Source: the human T2T-CHM13v2.0 reference genome, Homo sapiens. From it: 64,000 nucleotides of DNA. The translations under genes and the position numbers were made by a program. Below the pieces are notes generated by a model. The model was not told where the DNA came from and searched no databases. It was given only the letters and a program-made list of their open reading frames with translations. Shown here piece by piece: positions 27,892 to 42,819 of the stretch (position 1 is the first letter of the stretch; every line of letters starts with the position of its first letter). The stretch lies in NCBI RefSeq assembly GCF_009914755.1, contig NC_060946.1; one strand, given 5' to 3'.

Positions 27892-30800
27892 TTAGACCTT
27901 ATGGATTACAAGCTGTAAGGATGAAGCTTGGGACTGCCTGTGACCATTCTTTATACCTAGTAGAGGGAGTAACACATGAAAGAGAGATGGAGAGAGAACT
28001 GAGTGCCAGCCACATGGGTCAATAGCACATGAGAACCTGGATCTAACTACATTTTCCGTATCTTGCTTAAATTCATTTGAGCTAAAACAATGATCTCTGG
28101 CTGTTCCACACTCCTCAAATTCACTTAAAAATGATGAAGAAAGCTACAGACCTGTTTGTGCAGAAGAGTTCCAGCTTGGGCCATGCAGGCTGAGCGTCTC
28201 CATGCCAGATGGCCAAGATTCCCACTACCCTTTTGTGTTCTGGAAGTCTGCCCTGGTGCCCCAACCTGCAGATCTTGGATGGAGAGGACTGGGATAGGAT
28301 ACCCAAATCCTGACTCTCTGAGCCTTAGTATTCTTCTCTATCAACTGTAGATAACAGTCCCTACCTCAAAGGACAGTAAGAAAATTAAATAAGATTAATT
28401 TTACTACTTAATAAATTAATGGGCTGGCACAGAGGAAGTGCCCCATCAGCAGGAGCTGTCTAGCCCCAATACTCAAAAGTTCCCAGCCTGCTGCTCCCTC
28501 TCCTGCCTGACCCAGTTTTTCATCTAAATTTGGCCATTGGCCCAGGCCCTGGCCTATTTTAGGTACACCTCTTTTTGTTGCAGGAAAAAGAGACTCAGAC
28601 AAGCTACCTTAAAACAAGGGGTTTATTGTAAGAATGAATGGGAACAGGAACATGGAGTGGGTGGAGGCAGGGAAACCCTCAGGACTGAAGCTGTTTTGAT
28701 GTGAGAATTCTTTTTTTTTTTTTTTCTCCTTCAGAAGGAATCATTTCACCTGTCACATATCGTTGCAGAAAGGGCCTTTTGCCAGGACTGGATGTAAACA
28801 AACCTCAGAGAGGTATTGTCAAAGGCTAAGTCTCTCCTGCATTGGTAGAGAGAGACTGGATTTTGTTGTTGTTGCTAATAATTTTGATTCAAGTTTTAAC
28901 AGCTCTCAGGCCTGTAAGGTCTGCAGTGAGAAAGGAAGTGAGCAGGAACGTCAGAATGGAGGGATGTGTGAAGTGACTGTTATTTATTATCCAAAGCAAG
29001 ATACTTTGAGAATGAAAGAGGCACTATGAAGAATTACACAAGGACAATAGACATTAAAACAGTCCAGGGAAACCAGGACATAGGGTCGCCTTAAGAGTAC
29101 AAGGGTCTGGGAAGGAAGGGATGGGGAAAGTGGGTTCTCAGACTGAAAAGAGGTCCAGGAGTGTGGCTGCTGCCCAGAAAGTGCCAGGTTCATAAGTGGA
29201 GGGCTGGACAGCCAGGAGGGAAGCACCTGGGTACCCAGAGATAATTTTATATTGCCTGCCCAGTAGGTGGACAACCTTCAGGCATGGCTTGATCCAGGGG
29301 CTCAAATGTCAACAGGATCCTGTTTCTCTTTCTCTCTGTACTCATGGAACTTTGATCCATCTGCAACAAAGGCCAATGGCAGCCCACAGCCTACACAGAG
29401 GGAGACCCAGGCCCTTCTACTCATCTTCTCAGACTTCCACTCTCCAATGTTTGAAACCATAGGAGACCTCTATACACTGGCAGGTCATGGAGAGAAACTC
29501 CCCAGATACTTAGAGTGGGAAAGTGGGACTGAAGGTGAGCATCCCCATCCCATCCTGGATCAGTGTGGGCACACCTCCCTGTGACATGCAAAGCTCTTCA
29601 TATCACATCTGTACACTCAGAACTCCATACATGCTGTGAGTCTTCCCTGACCTCCACCACTTCCTCCAGGTCTCTGCTTTCTAGTGACCACACCTCTCCT
29701 TGACTCTTCACTTTGTCTTCCTGACTGACTCCTAGCCCTGACCCTTATCTCAAAGCCTAGCAATGCTGAGACAACGTTTTCCACTCCCCAGGTAGGCCCC
29801 AGAATGCTCTCACCCCCGGGGGATCATGGGCCCCTCCCTATGATAGACATATGTGGCTCTTCTCATCCAGCTTATTACCTCTCCCTTTTATGTGGCAACA
29901 ATGCCCCAGTATTGCTAGAGTGGGAAACCCCCTCACTCACATTCATTCTCTATGCTTTCAAGGAAGCCATCTCCACCCTGGATATGAGTAATGGAACATA
30001 GGACCTAAACTAAGCCAGCCAGCACATTCTGTCTCTCTGGCCACTAACTAGTCTAAGTATGGGTCAATCAGAGTCTGTGCATGGCCTAAAGTCCTAAGAA
30101 GAGCCTGCGGATTCTTTTCTGAGGCTCTTGGAGGGATGAAGATGGAATGCAGAGCTGTCAATGCCATTTTTGTTGAGGGATCTGCACATGTTGTCATATC
30201 CAAGGAAGTCATGTTGAGAAGTGGAGAAACAGGATCTTGGTGATATCAGTGAAGACCCTGGATCAAGCCATACCTGAAGGTCTGCCCTTGGGCTGTTCAA
30301 ACACAGGAGCCAATGAATTCCCTTTTCTCAGGCCAGGTTCTCTGCTACTTGCAATTGACAGAGCTCTAACTGAAGATTAGGACCCCTGGCCAAGAGGATG
30401 CTCAAACCAAAGGGATAAACAAATTACATAGCTGCTCACACAAAGCTCTGAGCCCTGCCCTCCCATAGGGTAAATTTCCAGGGTCTACCTAAAGCTATTG
30501 ACCCACATCCTCCTATCCACTAACCCATGCTGTCTTACACAATCTAGTCCTGGCAATATTATGAAGTAGGTTAAGTCTGTTTCTGAAGCTCCAGTGTCCC
30601 ACCTGACTGCCCTCTGTGCAGCCCCCAGCCCAAAAAGTGGGTCTACGCAGCCTAGTTCATGCATATCTGGGCTCCCTGGAGCTTACTCGCTCCCCACCTC
30701 CCTCTGCTCGGGGTCCCAAATCCCACTGCTGTCTCCAAGACCCTGCAAAACCCAGCCCCTGACCTCCCTGTGCTTGTCCTGCACTGTATGCCTCTCACTC

Positions 30801-31789
30801 TGGGTGCCAGCGATGTGGGTGACTTCCCGGGTCCTTGACTCAGCAAACTCTTTCCCATATTGGGGCCTTTGCAGATGCGGTTCCTCTGGCCAAGAATCCC
30901 TTTTCCATATTTGCACCTAGTTATCTTCTAATCCTCCTTTAAGTCTCAGGGGAAATGTCACTCCCCCAGCAAGTCCTTTGTAGCCTTTAATCCAGATCAG
31001 GCCAACCCATTTTACATTCTCATAGCACCTTGTGGCTTGTCTCTTGGAACTATAATTCTGTGCTTAGTTGCTCCTTGGGGGCTGTCACAAAACCTGGCAC
31101 ATGGTAGGTTCTCAGAAACATCTGGATGAGTGACTGTAGCAGGCACAAGCCCTACCAGCAGGCAGCACAGAAAGGGAACAAAGATCAAAAGGGAGGTGGT
31201 GACTTGCCCAGGGTCACACAGCAAATCTATGGCAGTGTGGACACCTGAGTCCAGACTCTTTGGTGCTCTTATGAGCCCAGAGGTGGCCGCCCATCCCTTT
31301 ACCCGCAGGTGCTTTTTCTGTTTACATCCAGAAGATCTTTTCTGAAACTCTGTGGCTGCCCTGCTGATGGAAGGCCTGAACAAGTGGCAGAGATGTGAGC
31401 CCAGCAGAAGGCATGGCTGTCTTGGGGCCCAGCAAGGATGAGCTGGGTTAAAGTTTATCCCACTTCCTGAATATCTGAGTCATCAGACCAAGAGCAGGTG
31501 CAAGGAGTGTGATTGTGTGGGTGAGACCCCTGTGTGTCAATGGCCCCAACATTGGTACAAGGCCCAGAACAAAAGAGGCAGAAGGCCCTGAATACAGTAA
31601 TTTCTCCTCCTGATGCTCCACCATGATCAGTGGCTACATTTGGGTTTCAATCGCAGCTCTGATGCTTGCCAGCTGTGTGACCTTAGGCACGTTACCTCAC
31701 TACTCTGAGTCTGCTTGCCTCTTTGTGAAACATGAATATTAATAGTAACAACCTCATTAGGTAGTAATGAGAATTAAATTAGAAGATAA

Positions 31790-32257
<468 letters not shown>

Positions 32258-32340
32258 GACAAGGGCAGATTTCTAATGGATCATGTTCACCAGTGAATTC
32301 CTGGCACGGTGCCAGGCACATAGAAGGCACTCAATAAATA

Positions 32341-33271
32341 GTGAATGGATGGATGAATGGGCAGATGGGTGGGTGACTGAATGGGAGTGTGGATGGGTGG
32401 ATGAAGAGATGCATAGATGAATGGATGGGTGGATGCGTGGGTGGATGTGTGGGTGGATGAATGGGTAGGTGAGTGGATGGGTGGGTGGATGGATGAGTGG
32501 AAAGGTGGGTGTAAGGGTAGGTGGATGGGTGGATAGATGAATGGATGGATGGATGAATGGGTGGAAGGGTGGGTAGAAGAGTGGGTGAGTGGGTGGATGG
32601 ATGGATGGGTGAGTGAATGGGTGGGTAGATGGATGGGTGGATGGATGGATGGAAAGGTGCGTGAAAGGGTGGATGGGTTGGTGGACAGATAAAAATGGAT
32701 GGATGGGTAGATGGGTGGTTGAATTGGTGGGAGAGTGGGTGGATGGATGGGTGGATGGGTAGGTGGACGGATGGATGGAAAGGCGGGTGGAAGGGTGGGT
32801 GGATGGGTAGATGGATGCGTAAGTGGATACAAGGATGGGTGGATGATAGATGGATGCATGAATGGATGCATGGATGAGTGGATGGATGGATGGATGGATG
32901 GGTAGATGTGTGGGTGGATGGAAGTGTGGATGGATGGGTGGATGGATGGATGGATGGACGGATGGATGGATGGATGGACGGATGGAAAGGTGGATAGAAG
33001 GATGGGTGTGTGGGTGGATGGGCTGGTGGATGGATGGATGGAAAGGTGAGTGGAAGGGTGGGTGGATGAATGGATGGGCGGGTGGATGGATGGATGGAAG
33101 GATGGATGGAAAGGTGGGTGGAAGGGTGGGTGGATGGGCAGATAGATGCATGAGTGGATACAAGGATGGGTGGATGATAGATGAATGCATGAATGAAGGT
33201 ATGGATGAATGGATGGATGGGTGAATAGGTGGAGATGTGGAAAGGTGGGTGGGATGGGCTGGGTGGATGGA
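32341..33271 (+). repeat. Degenerate (TGGA/TGGG)n expansion, ~930 bp
   Basis: Direct reading. It follows the L2 terminus ggcactcaataaata. Confidence 0.95.
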
Positions 33272-33856
33272 TTTGTAGGAAAAAAAATGTAAGCTTTGAT
33301 TTCTGAAAACCTAGATCTCCAGCCTTGGCCTTATGCTCGTGTCTCTAATTCTCCTCCCTCTCTCATCTTGGTGTGCATAGCCCAGGTAGCTGTGAGTGCA
33401 AAGAACAATAGGATAAACATTCAGCACTCTCCTGTGGGTATTATTTTTAGTTTCCATGCTGCAGAGGTCAGAGTGTCAAATAACAAAGAGAGATCTTTTC
33501 TTTTCTCTCTCAAGGAAAGAATCGGTCATATCTGCGTGGGCAGCAGTGGAGGTGGGTGTTAGTTTGTTTGGTTTAACAGCTATTTGACTCAGACCTCCTG
33601 CCAGCAGGAGTGGGTGACCTTTCCTTGGAGCTCTGGGCACCAAGCCAAGCCTAGGAGGGCAGTTCCCTTTGCTCATGAGCTCTGTTAATGTAGCTGTGTC
33701 CTGCTGAGATTCAATTCCCACGGACTTCACTGTTGCCACCAAATGTGTGCATATGAGGGCTCTGCAGAAGTAAGAGTCACAGGGGCCTGGAATGAGAGCA
33801 GAGGAGGAGGTGCAGAAATTGAAATGCCAGTCATACACACTCTGTTACATTAACTC

Positions 33857-34680
33857 TTTGTGGTAGACTAACATAATAATAACCCCACAAAGAGTCTGTC
33901 TCTCTGAGTCCACACTCTTTTGCAATGTACTTTGTTGCTTTTCCCCTCTTGAATTTATGACTTGCTTTGGCCAACAGAATGTGGCATGAGTGATGCTGGG
34001 TATTTTCCAAGGCTTGGTCTTAAAGGCTGCTGCAGTTTCTTTTGCTGTTTTGCAACTTTGGTTCCACCAGGCTGTGTAGAAGCCCAGTTTCACCTGTGTG
34101 GATGAGAGGCCACATGAAGAAAACTGGAGATGGCCCAGTAGACAGCCAGCACCAAATGCCAGACACTGGCAGTTGGCCTCTTCAGCTCAACCAATCCTTT
34201 AACCAAATGCAGCCTTGTGAATGAACTCAGGCAAAACTGGGGGAGGAACTGCAAAAGCAACCCAAAGCATCAGGAGCCACAAGGCAATGTTGTCTTAAGG
34301 CACATCGTGGGGTGGTTTGCAACCCAGCAAAGGCTAATGAAATGCTTCTGTAACAAACATCCCCAAAACTCGTGGCTCAAATGATAAAAATTTTCTTCTT
34401 GTTTCCATCCCAGTCTGGTGTGGATGAAGACTTCTGCTCCATGTAGTCATTGAGGAGCCCACATTTCTTCTATACTCTAGCTTTTATCATATTACAAAGT
34501 TCCTCTACTGAATCCTTAGGCAATGAGGAAAGAAAGTGCATGGAAGATGTCCCAGGAGGCTCAGGGGTGAGGCATGGAAGTGACCCATGTCACTCCTGCC
34601 TCCGTTCGGCTGGTGGAACTCAGCCTTGTGGCTAGGTGGATAGGAAGAAAAGGGAAATGGCATAGGAAACAACTAGCCAG
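33857..34680. mobile_element. Old MaLR LTRs (MLT1H/K-like)
   Basis: gacttgctttggccaacagaatgtggc...agacagccagcaccaa; ctgtaacaaacatccccaaaactc. Confidence 0.6.
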
Positions 34681-36591
34681 TTCCAGCCTCTCTTGCCAGA
34701 CTCTGGGCTCAGTGCTTCGTCCTCAGCATCTCATTAAAGACTCATAGTCACCCTTTGGGATAGGGACTATTCAACAGTCACCCACAGATTTGCACAGCTG
34801 TCCAACTTGAGCCAGTGATGAATAAAGACAGATATGGTTGCTGTTCTTTCATGGAGCTTACATCCTAGGGGAGAAGTCAATCCCTAAATAAGGAAACTAA
34901 TAGATAAATAATTTCAGAGAGTGATACATTCTATGCAACACATATCAGAGTGGTGGTTTAGAGTGAGGGGTGCTATTTTGGATAGAGTGGGCAGGGCAGC
35001 TTTCTGCGAGGAGGTGACTAAATTAAGATCTTGCTGTGAAGATGTTTAGTTGCCTGCTACCCTCCACTTCTCCCTGAATAAAACAGCCATGCTCTGCTGC
35101 TGAGTTCAGCAATATCCCTGGCTATATAAGCATGTTTCCTAGCTTCCTTGCAGGAGGGTTGGATAGGAGTAAATAAGTTGTTAGATAGACATTGCTTATA
35201 AGTTCCTTAAAAGAGGAAAACTCAACTCAAGAGGTGAGAATAATTTTGCCATTCCTTCCTTTTTCCTGTCTATAATGCAGATGTGATGGCTGGTGCTGCA
35301 GCAGCCATCAGGCACCATAAGGTGAGATGCTAAGAATGGTAGAGCAGAAAGACACAAGGAGCCTTCGTCTTGTGTGGAAACTCTATACTGCCCTGGATGT
35401 CATCCTTCTACACTTCTTTTGTATGAGGGAAATAACCATGGTATATCTTGTTTATACCATTATTATTTGGAACTGCTGTTGCTGAAAGCAATTCCTACAT
35501 AATACAGGCTGTGTAATGGGATTTTATGATGAGCAAATTGAGACTTAGAACAGTTAGCACTTCTTGCAAAGTAACATAGTGGAATTGAGGAGTTAGGATT
35601 TGAACTCAGGTCTGTGGGGCCCTAAGTTCAGAGTTTTGGTTGTAGCCCAGCCTCCCTTGGCTGGGGGTGGGGGTGGACAGAAGGAGTTAGCCAACAGTAT
35701 CAACTATGGAAAGGAGTGTACTGACTGGATTAAGGATTGCTTCAAAGAGCCCCCAAATTCACTTTTACGAGGTAAATTTTTCCTTCTTGACTGTATGATC
35801 CTGATCTAGGTTCTGGGATCCTAACTTCTCTCAGCCCCGTCTTCGTCCACTGCCAGGTGGGTGCATCTATCCTCTTATTGCTGTCTCAACATACTCTTGC
35901 AATACCCTCACTGTAGCAGCACTCAGTGAACCACCCTCCCAGGACCCTCACACAGACGTCTAAGCAAGTATCAGCCCAGCCCTTTGCTCCTAGTGCCAGG
36001 TTGATCCCAGGGAAGCCAAGTTAAAAAACAAATGCAAGGACATTTTGAGGGGAAAAGTCTCACTGATAGCCAAGGTAATACAGAAGCCAAGAGAAGATAT
36101 TTGCTGCCAGGCAACCAGGCTGAGTTTTATGGGAGTTGGGGGTAGTGAAATGCATGCATGTCAGTCATTCGAATGCCTCTACCTCCAAAGCATGCTGCCT
36201 CCTGGAACCACTCCATTCGACTTTCCCACCCACGATTCCTCAGGCTTCCTGCAAATTGTGGGGGCCTGCAGAAGTCACCCCAAGTTGCTCAATCCAAGAA
36301 ATTTTCCTCTGAGCTGACAATAAACCCTTAGACTAAATTGACTCAGATTGCACACTCAGGAAGAGACTAGACACACCTCGGCAGAAAATTGGATTTGTGC
36401 AGCTTGAAAAAGATGCTCTTGTAATTCCTCTAAAGCCTGCGAGCCACCTAAAGGGCCCTAGACATGTATAGTAGCCCATCTCCAGACCTTTGTCTGTACT
36501 GTTCCCTCAGCCAAGAAGAATTTTGCCTAGCTTTTTACATGACTGATTCTTTCTTACCCTTGAGATCTCAGGTTAAATGTCACCCCCTCAA

Positions 36592-36806
36592 GAAATACAA
36601 ACATGTCCACACAAAAGCCTGTACAGAAGTGTTCATAGCAGCATTATTCATAATAATCCCAAAGTGGAAACAACCTAGAGTCCATCAACTGATTGATGAT
36701 TCCACAAAACATGCTATATACGTGCTATATCCTTGCAACACAGTATTATTTGGCCATCAAAAAGGATTGACATCCTTTTCTTTCTTTCTGTCTTTCTTTC
36801 TGTCTG

Positions 36807-36846
<40 letters not shown>

Positions 36847-37614
36847 TTTCTTTCTTTGTCTTTCTTTCTCTTTCTTTCTTTTCTTTTACTTTCTTTCTTT
36901 TCTTTCTTTCTTTCTTTCCTTTTCTTTTCTTTTCTTTTCTTTTCTTCTTTCTTTGTCTCTTTCTCTCTTTCTCTCTTTCTGAGACAGAGTCTTGCTCTGT
37001 TGCCCAGGCTGGAGTGCAGTGGCATGACCATGGCTCAATGTAGCCTTAACCTCCCAGGCTCAAGCAATCCTAGCTCAGCCTCCCAAGTAGCTGGGACCAC
37101 AGGTGTGTGCCACCACACCCTGCTACTCTTTTTTTTTTTCAGAGAGGGGGTCTTGCTCTGCTGTCCAGGCTAGTCTTTAACTCTTGGGCTCAAACTCCCA
37201 ACTCTGTCTCCCAAAGTCCTAGGATTGTAAGTGTGAGCCATCGTACCTGGCAGGACTGATGTTCTGATACATGCTACAATATGAATAAACCTTGAAAGTA
37301 TTATGTTAAGTGAAAGAAGTCAGGCTCAGAAGGCCACATATGGTATGATTCCATTCATAATAAATGTCCAGAATAGGAAAATCCATAGAGACAGAGAGTA
37401 GATTAGTGGTTGTCAGGGCCTTTGGGGGAAGGAGAGAATGGGGAGTGACTGCTAATAGGTGTAAGCCTTTTTTGGGGGGTGATGAAATGTTCTAAAATTA
37501 GATTGTAGTGATGATTGCACAACCTTGCAAAAATATTAAAAACCACTGAATTTTGCACTTTAAAAGGGTAACTATTACAGCATATGAATTATAACTCAAT
37601 AAATCTGTTTAACA
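36592..37614 (+). mobile_element. L1MB-type 3' end inside an L2, containing (CTTT)n plus reverse AluJ (36775-37251)
   Basis: tgttcatagcagcattattcataata...agtagattagtggttg...ctcaataaa. Degenerate TSD aaat(g/a)tcac(c/t)ccctcaa at ~36574 and ~37615. Confidence 0.8.
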
Positions 37615-37680
37615 AAATATCACTCCCTCAAAGAGACCTTCTGTGAGTCCTCTCTCTGAAGGTGGTGTTCTTTTAAAAAG

Positions 37681-37974
37681 TTTTTTTGAGACAGGGTCTT
37701 GCTCTGTCACCCAGGTTATAGTGCAGTGGTGCAATCTCAGCTCACTGCAGCCTCAACCTACTGGGCTCAAGCGATCCTCCTTCCTCAGGCCTGAGTAGCT
37801 GGGAGTACAGGTGCACACCACCATGCTTGGCTAATTTTTTAAATTTAATTTTATTTCTTTAGAGATAGAGTCTCACTGTGTTGCCCAGGCTAGTCTCAAA
37901 CTCCTGTGTTCAAGTGAGTCAGGAGTCTCCTGCCTTGGTCTCCCAAAGCGCTGCGTGAACCACCATGCCTGGCC
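37681..37974 (-). mobile_element. AluJ
   Basis: Reverse Alu body. Confidence 0.85.
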
Positions 37975-39515
37975 TCCTGATGTTCTTTAATTCAGCCCCT
38001 GCTTTATTCAGTTCCTCATCCTGTTGGCCACCAGCTGTGATAATTTGGTACATTTATGTGTATGTTGTGTGTGTGCCCATGCTCGTGTGTGGTCCTCATT
38101 TCTAGCAGCAAGCTACATAAGAGCAGGGGGCTACATCTGCCTCACCAGAACTGTTTCCCCAGCACTCAGTACAGGGATGGTTGTCAATTGAATATCCGTT
38201 GGTTGATTGAAGGAGTCCTGGCACACTGTAGCTGGAAGGGAACTGAGTGCTCATCCAGTCCTTCCTGTTTGCAGATGCAGAGGCCAACTGCTCAGAGGCG
38301 GAGGGGCCCACTCAAGGACTCAGCTTTCAATGGCTGTGTTCTTTAATTTTATTCTCCCTCAGTAGTTTTCCAAAGATTTGGGAGTCCAATAAACCATTGC
38401 CCAAGTGGAACAGACAGACTGTTCTGGACTTAGCAGTTAAGTGACAAAGATAAATGAGGTTGGGGGGGGTCCCCGTTGAGTTAATAGATGCACGCTCCCT
38501 TCTATAGCAATAGACGGTGTGTGGCCTTAATGTCTATAAATGCCACTCATGTAACCTTGAAGACACAGCCTCTGCCGAGCTAGTGGCAGATGCTGCCGCA
38601 GGGAATGGGGGTTCCAGCCAACTTGGTTCCTGCTGTGGGACCCGGCTGACAGGGCACAGTAGCCCGGCTATTTGCCTCATTGTGGCAAATTGCTCCTCAG
38701 TGAGCCAGCTGGCTCCTGGCCTGCAGAGCTGTGGGGTCTTTTGTGCCTTGAAGTAATTAATTATGCCATATGGCAAGGAAACACAACAAGATTTATAGCA
38801 GAGTCAGCGACAGATGGCCCCGAGAGAAAAACACAGATCTGTGGAGAGATACAGAGACGCCGGGCGTCCAAAGCCATGGGAGATGATGTTTGTCGGGGGA
38901 GTGGGGAGGGAAAGGACACTTGGCTGGGGTCCGAGGCTTTGACACTTCTTTGAGACTGTCCGTCAGAAAGCAGATCCTTCCTTTCTTCCTCCTTTGGAAT
39001 TTTTAAATTTACCCCCCTCCCAGTGTAGGGGAAGAACTGGGCTCTGACTTACAGGGTGTCTGTGTGGGATGAGAGAGAAATGCCAATTGAGAGATAGAGA
39101 AAAGAGTGAGAAAATCCTGGAGAGGACTGAGTTGGTGTTCCAAGAGCCCACAGGCCCCCTGAGCTCTGAGAAGCTTCCAGCTTCAGTGTTCCGAGCTGCC
39201 TTCTGCATTTTGATCTGAGGAGTGATCCACCTCCACTGCCATCATCTCAGTGTCCCATCGACACCTCAAACGCAGCATATCCCAAACAGAAGTCATCCCT
39301 TCTCCCTACTCCTCATCCAGCTTCTACTGTGGTTTCTCCACCACTCCCCAGGCAAAGTCCTCCTTCTAGAATGCAAATCTAGCCATGTTACCCCTCGTTC
39401 CCCCACCACACTTAATACCCACTCCCCAGCCTCTCCCCAGGGTCTTCTATATCCTTACCCCTGAGGTCCATCTCCCAACATCCCTCCCTGGCTCCCACTT
39501 ACGCCACATCTGCCA

Positions 39516-39884
<369 letters not shown>

Positions 39885-40326
39885 TAAATGCTGTTCCCTC
39901 TACCTGGATTGCCTTTCTTCAGCTGGCTTGCCCAGAAAATCCTCAGTCATCCCAGCTCACAGATCTCTTCCTCTGTGTCCCTTCTCTGACATGTTTGAAT
40001 AGAGTTAATCCTATGCTCCTTTCTGCTGCCACCAAAATTTGCATATTGCTTACTCATGACTCTCGGCACTTGGTTTTTACAGGTCTGATATCCACACTTG
40101 GTTTGTGGGCAAGAACTCTTCTATTACTTCCTTTTTTCTAAGTGTAATACAATGCATGGTGCACATAGTAGGCACCTTTGGGCTTCCCCTCCACCACCCA
40201 GTTTTGGGTCCTACATAATAAATGCGTGTATGCTAGAAAGATGAAAGAATAGCTGGGGTTTCAACTCTGAGGCCAGGATGGGAGTCAAAGGAAGAACATA
40301 ATGGAATTTCTTCACTGACGTTTGCT

Positions 40327-40808
40327 GTAGATTGATTGCATGGATTGATCCCAATTCATGGCCTCCCTGTATCCACATTTTTTGCAGTGAGACTTTAAAG
40401 CACCTCCCATCAAGAAATGGAGTCTATTTCCCCACTCTGAATCTAAGCTTCTCTTGTGACTTTGACCAATAGAATGTGATGGAAGTGATGGCATGCAGGT
40501 CCCAGTCCTTACAACCTTTCTCTCACTCTCTTGGAACTCTGCCCAGCTGCCATGTGAACAAGCCCAAGCTACTCTGTTGGAGGATGAGAGACATGTGGGT
40601 CAGAGACCTGCTGTCCTAGCTGAATCCATTCCAGACCAGCCCAATCTAGCCAATCTGCAACCCAAGTTTAGCCAGTCAATTCCCAGATAAACAGAACCAT
40701 CAAGCAGACCTAAGAACTTGTGAGCTGAGTAAATCCCTGTTGTTCCAAGCCATTGATTTTTTGGGGGTGGGGCGGGGGGTGGTTTGTTATGCAGCTATAA
40801 CAAATACA
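40327..40808 (+). mobile_element. MLT1H/G-like LTR
   Basis: cctcccatcaagaaatggagtctatttccc...gactttgaccaatagaatg...ggtttgttatgcagc. Confidence 0.7.
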
Positions 40809-40932
40809 TGATCCAATATGAGCAGAAACCCATTATGCTGTTACTTAATAATTAACTGTGACCCTTGATTGGAAAGAAGTTCCGAATGGGGCAGTCGTTC
40901 TAGGGCCTTTAATTTTCCTACTGGTAAAATAA

Positions 40933-41309
<377 letters not shown>

Positions 41310-41769
41310 TGAGCTAGAACTCTTAACGCCAAGTTGTCCAGTGTTTCTCAAACCGTATCCCAGAGGGCTATTCTAAGGGATATTATCAGATGTTACCAGG
41401 AGGAAAAAGGAAGATCTTTTGGCTAAACACTGACTTTATGAAAGCAACTCAAAGTCTCTGATGGAGCGAAGTGTCAGTGTCTTTAACATGCTCATTACGT
41501 ATCCTAAATTTGAGAAGGAGGACTTGATGTTCAATGCATCTCAAACATATTTTCACTACAGTTCTATGGGACACACTTTGGCAAAAAGCTTAATTGGCAT
41601 AAGTATCCTTCTGGTACATCGAACCAAGCTATGGCATTCTTGAAAAGCAGTCAGTCAGCCAAGACCCAGGGCTGAGAAATGTTTATTTAGACAAGTGATT
41701 GGATTTTCATTCTTGTATTAACAGCTGGACCCGTAAGCTTACATTTTCCAGTCCCACAGAACTTACACA

Positions 41770-42240
41770 AGAGTCAGCCCTCCAGAGATCATATCTTTTT
41801 CCTCTCCAGTCTCCAACCTATTCTAAGCAAAACATTTCAAGTTTCTTCAATTACATCTCACAAGGCTGGTCACAAACTCCCTTCATCTACCTAGATAGTC
41901 TCTTTTATTTCTTTTTTTTGTAATTTGAGGAGAACCATAACAAAATTTAAGTACTCCAAGTATGGTATCATCATCTCCCTCATTTAGATCCCAGACCTCT
42001 GTTAATATGACCTAAAAAGGATTTAGCTTTTGTGTCCATGTCATTGCACTTTTGATTTACATTGAGTTTTCTTTGAACAAAAAAACCCATGTATTCGTTT
42101 AACTCATTGAAGCGTTTGCAAAATTCATCTTGTACTTGTGTCATTTTTAAGACCTAAGTATAAAGCTTTATATTTATCTCTTCTAAATGTCATCTTCTAA
42201 GATTTACCTCCTAACTTCTGTTTAGATCTTGATTCTGAAA
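41770..42240 (-). mobile_element. L3/CR1-like ancient LINE fragment
   Basis: gacctaagtataaagctttatatttatctcttctaaatgtcatctt resembles the recalled reverse CR1 consensus. Confidence 0.5.
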
Positions 42241-42819
42241 TCCCTCATATTTCCAGTCTCTTACAGAACTCTGCCTACATCATGCAGTTTAGCATATGAC
42301 CTTTGTAGTGGCTATGTGATATTCTTCCCACCCAGAAACTCTTCCAGTAACAGCACCACGACTTTCCTCTGTTAGATTCCCTTCCTCACTCCCTACAGAA
42401 CTGTAGGTGGAATTGACTCCACTTCCCTTCTGGGATGTGCATGTAACCAAGTTTTGACCAATCAGAGTGTGGTGCACCCCCCATCTCTGGTTGGTTGACA
42501 GATAGTCACATGATAAACAGCAGTGAGAGGGAAACCTTCAGTTTAGTCAGGAGAGACTGGGAAAGTGGCCAGAAATGCCTCATTTTCCTCGAGGCTTGGT
42601 GCAGTAAGGATGAAAACCTGGAGCTGCTGACAGCTGTCTGACTGGTGGTCACATGCAGGGGCCTATCTGAGGGCAGTGGCAGCACAGAGGGAGGCTTGGA
42701 AGAGAGAAGAAAGTAGGGAGAGAGTCAGGACCTTGTGGCACTCTTTAACCAGTGAATGCTAGTTGAAGGCAATACAACCCTCTAGGAGGAGTTTGGAAAG
42801 TTGTCAAGGTTTTCAATTG

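Noticed and set aside
28711-28734. Poly-T plus AG as a splice acceptor
   Set aside because: There is no convincing paired donor, and poly-T tracts are abundant in this window.
32273-33190. 305-aa His/Pro/Ser/Ile-rich ORF, the longest in the track
   Set aside because: It is a translation of the TGGA/TCCA simple repeat.
36464-37173. Phe/Leu/Ser-rich membrane-like ORFs
   Set aside because: They derive from L1MB, (CTTT)n and Alu sequence.
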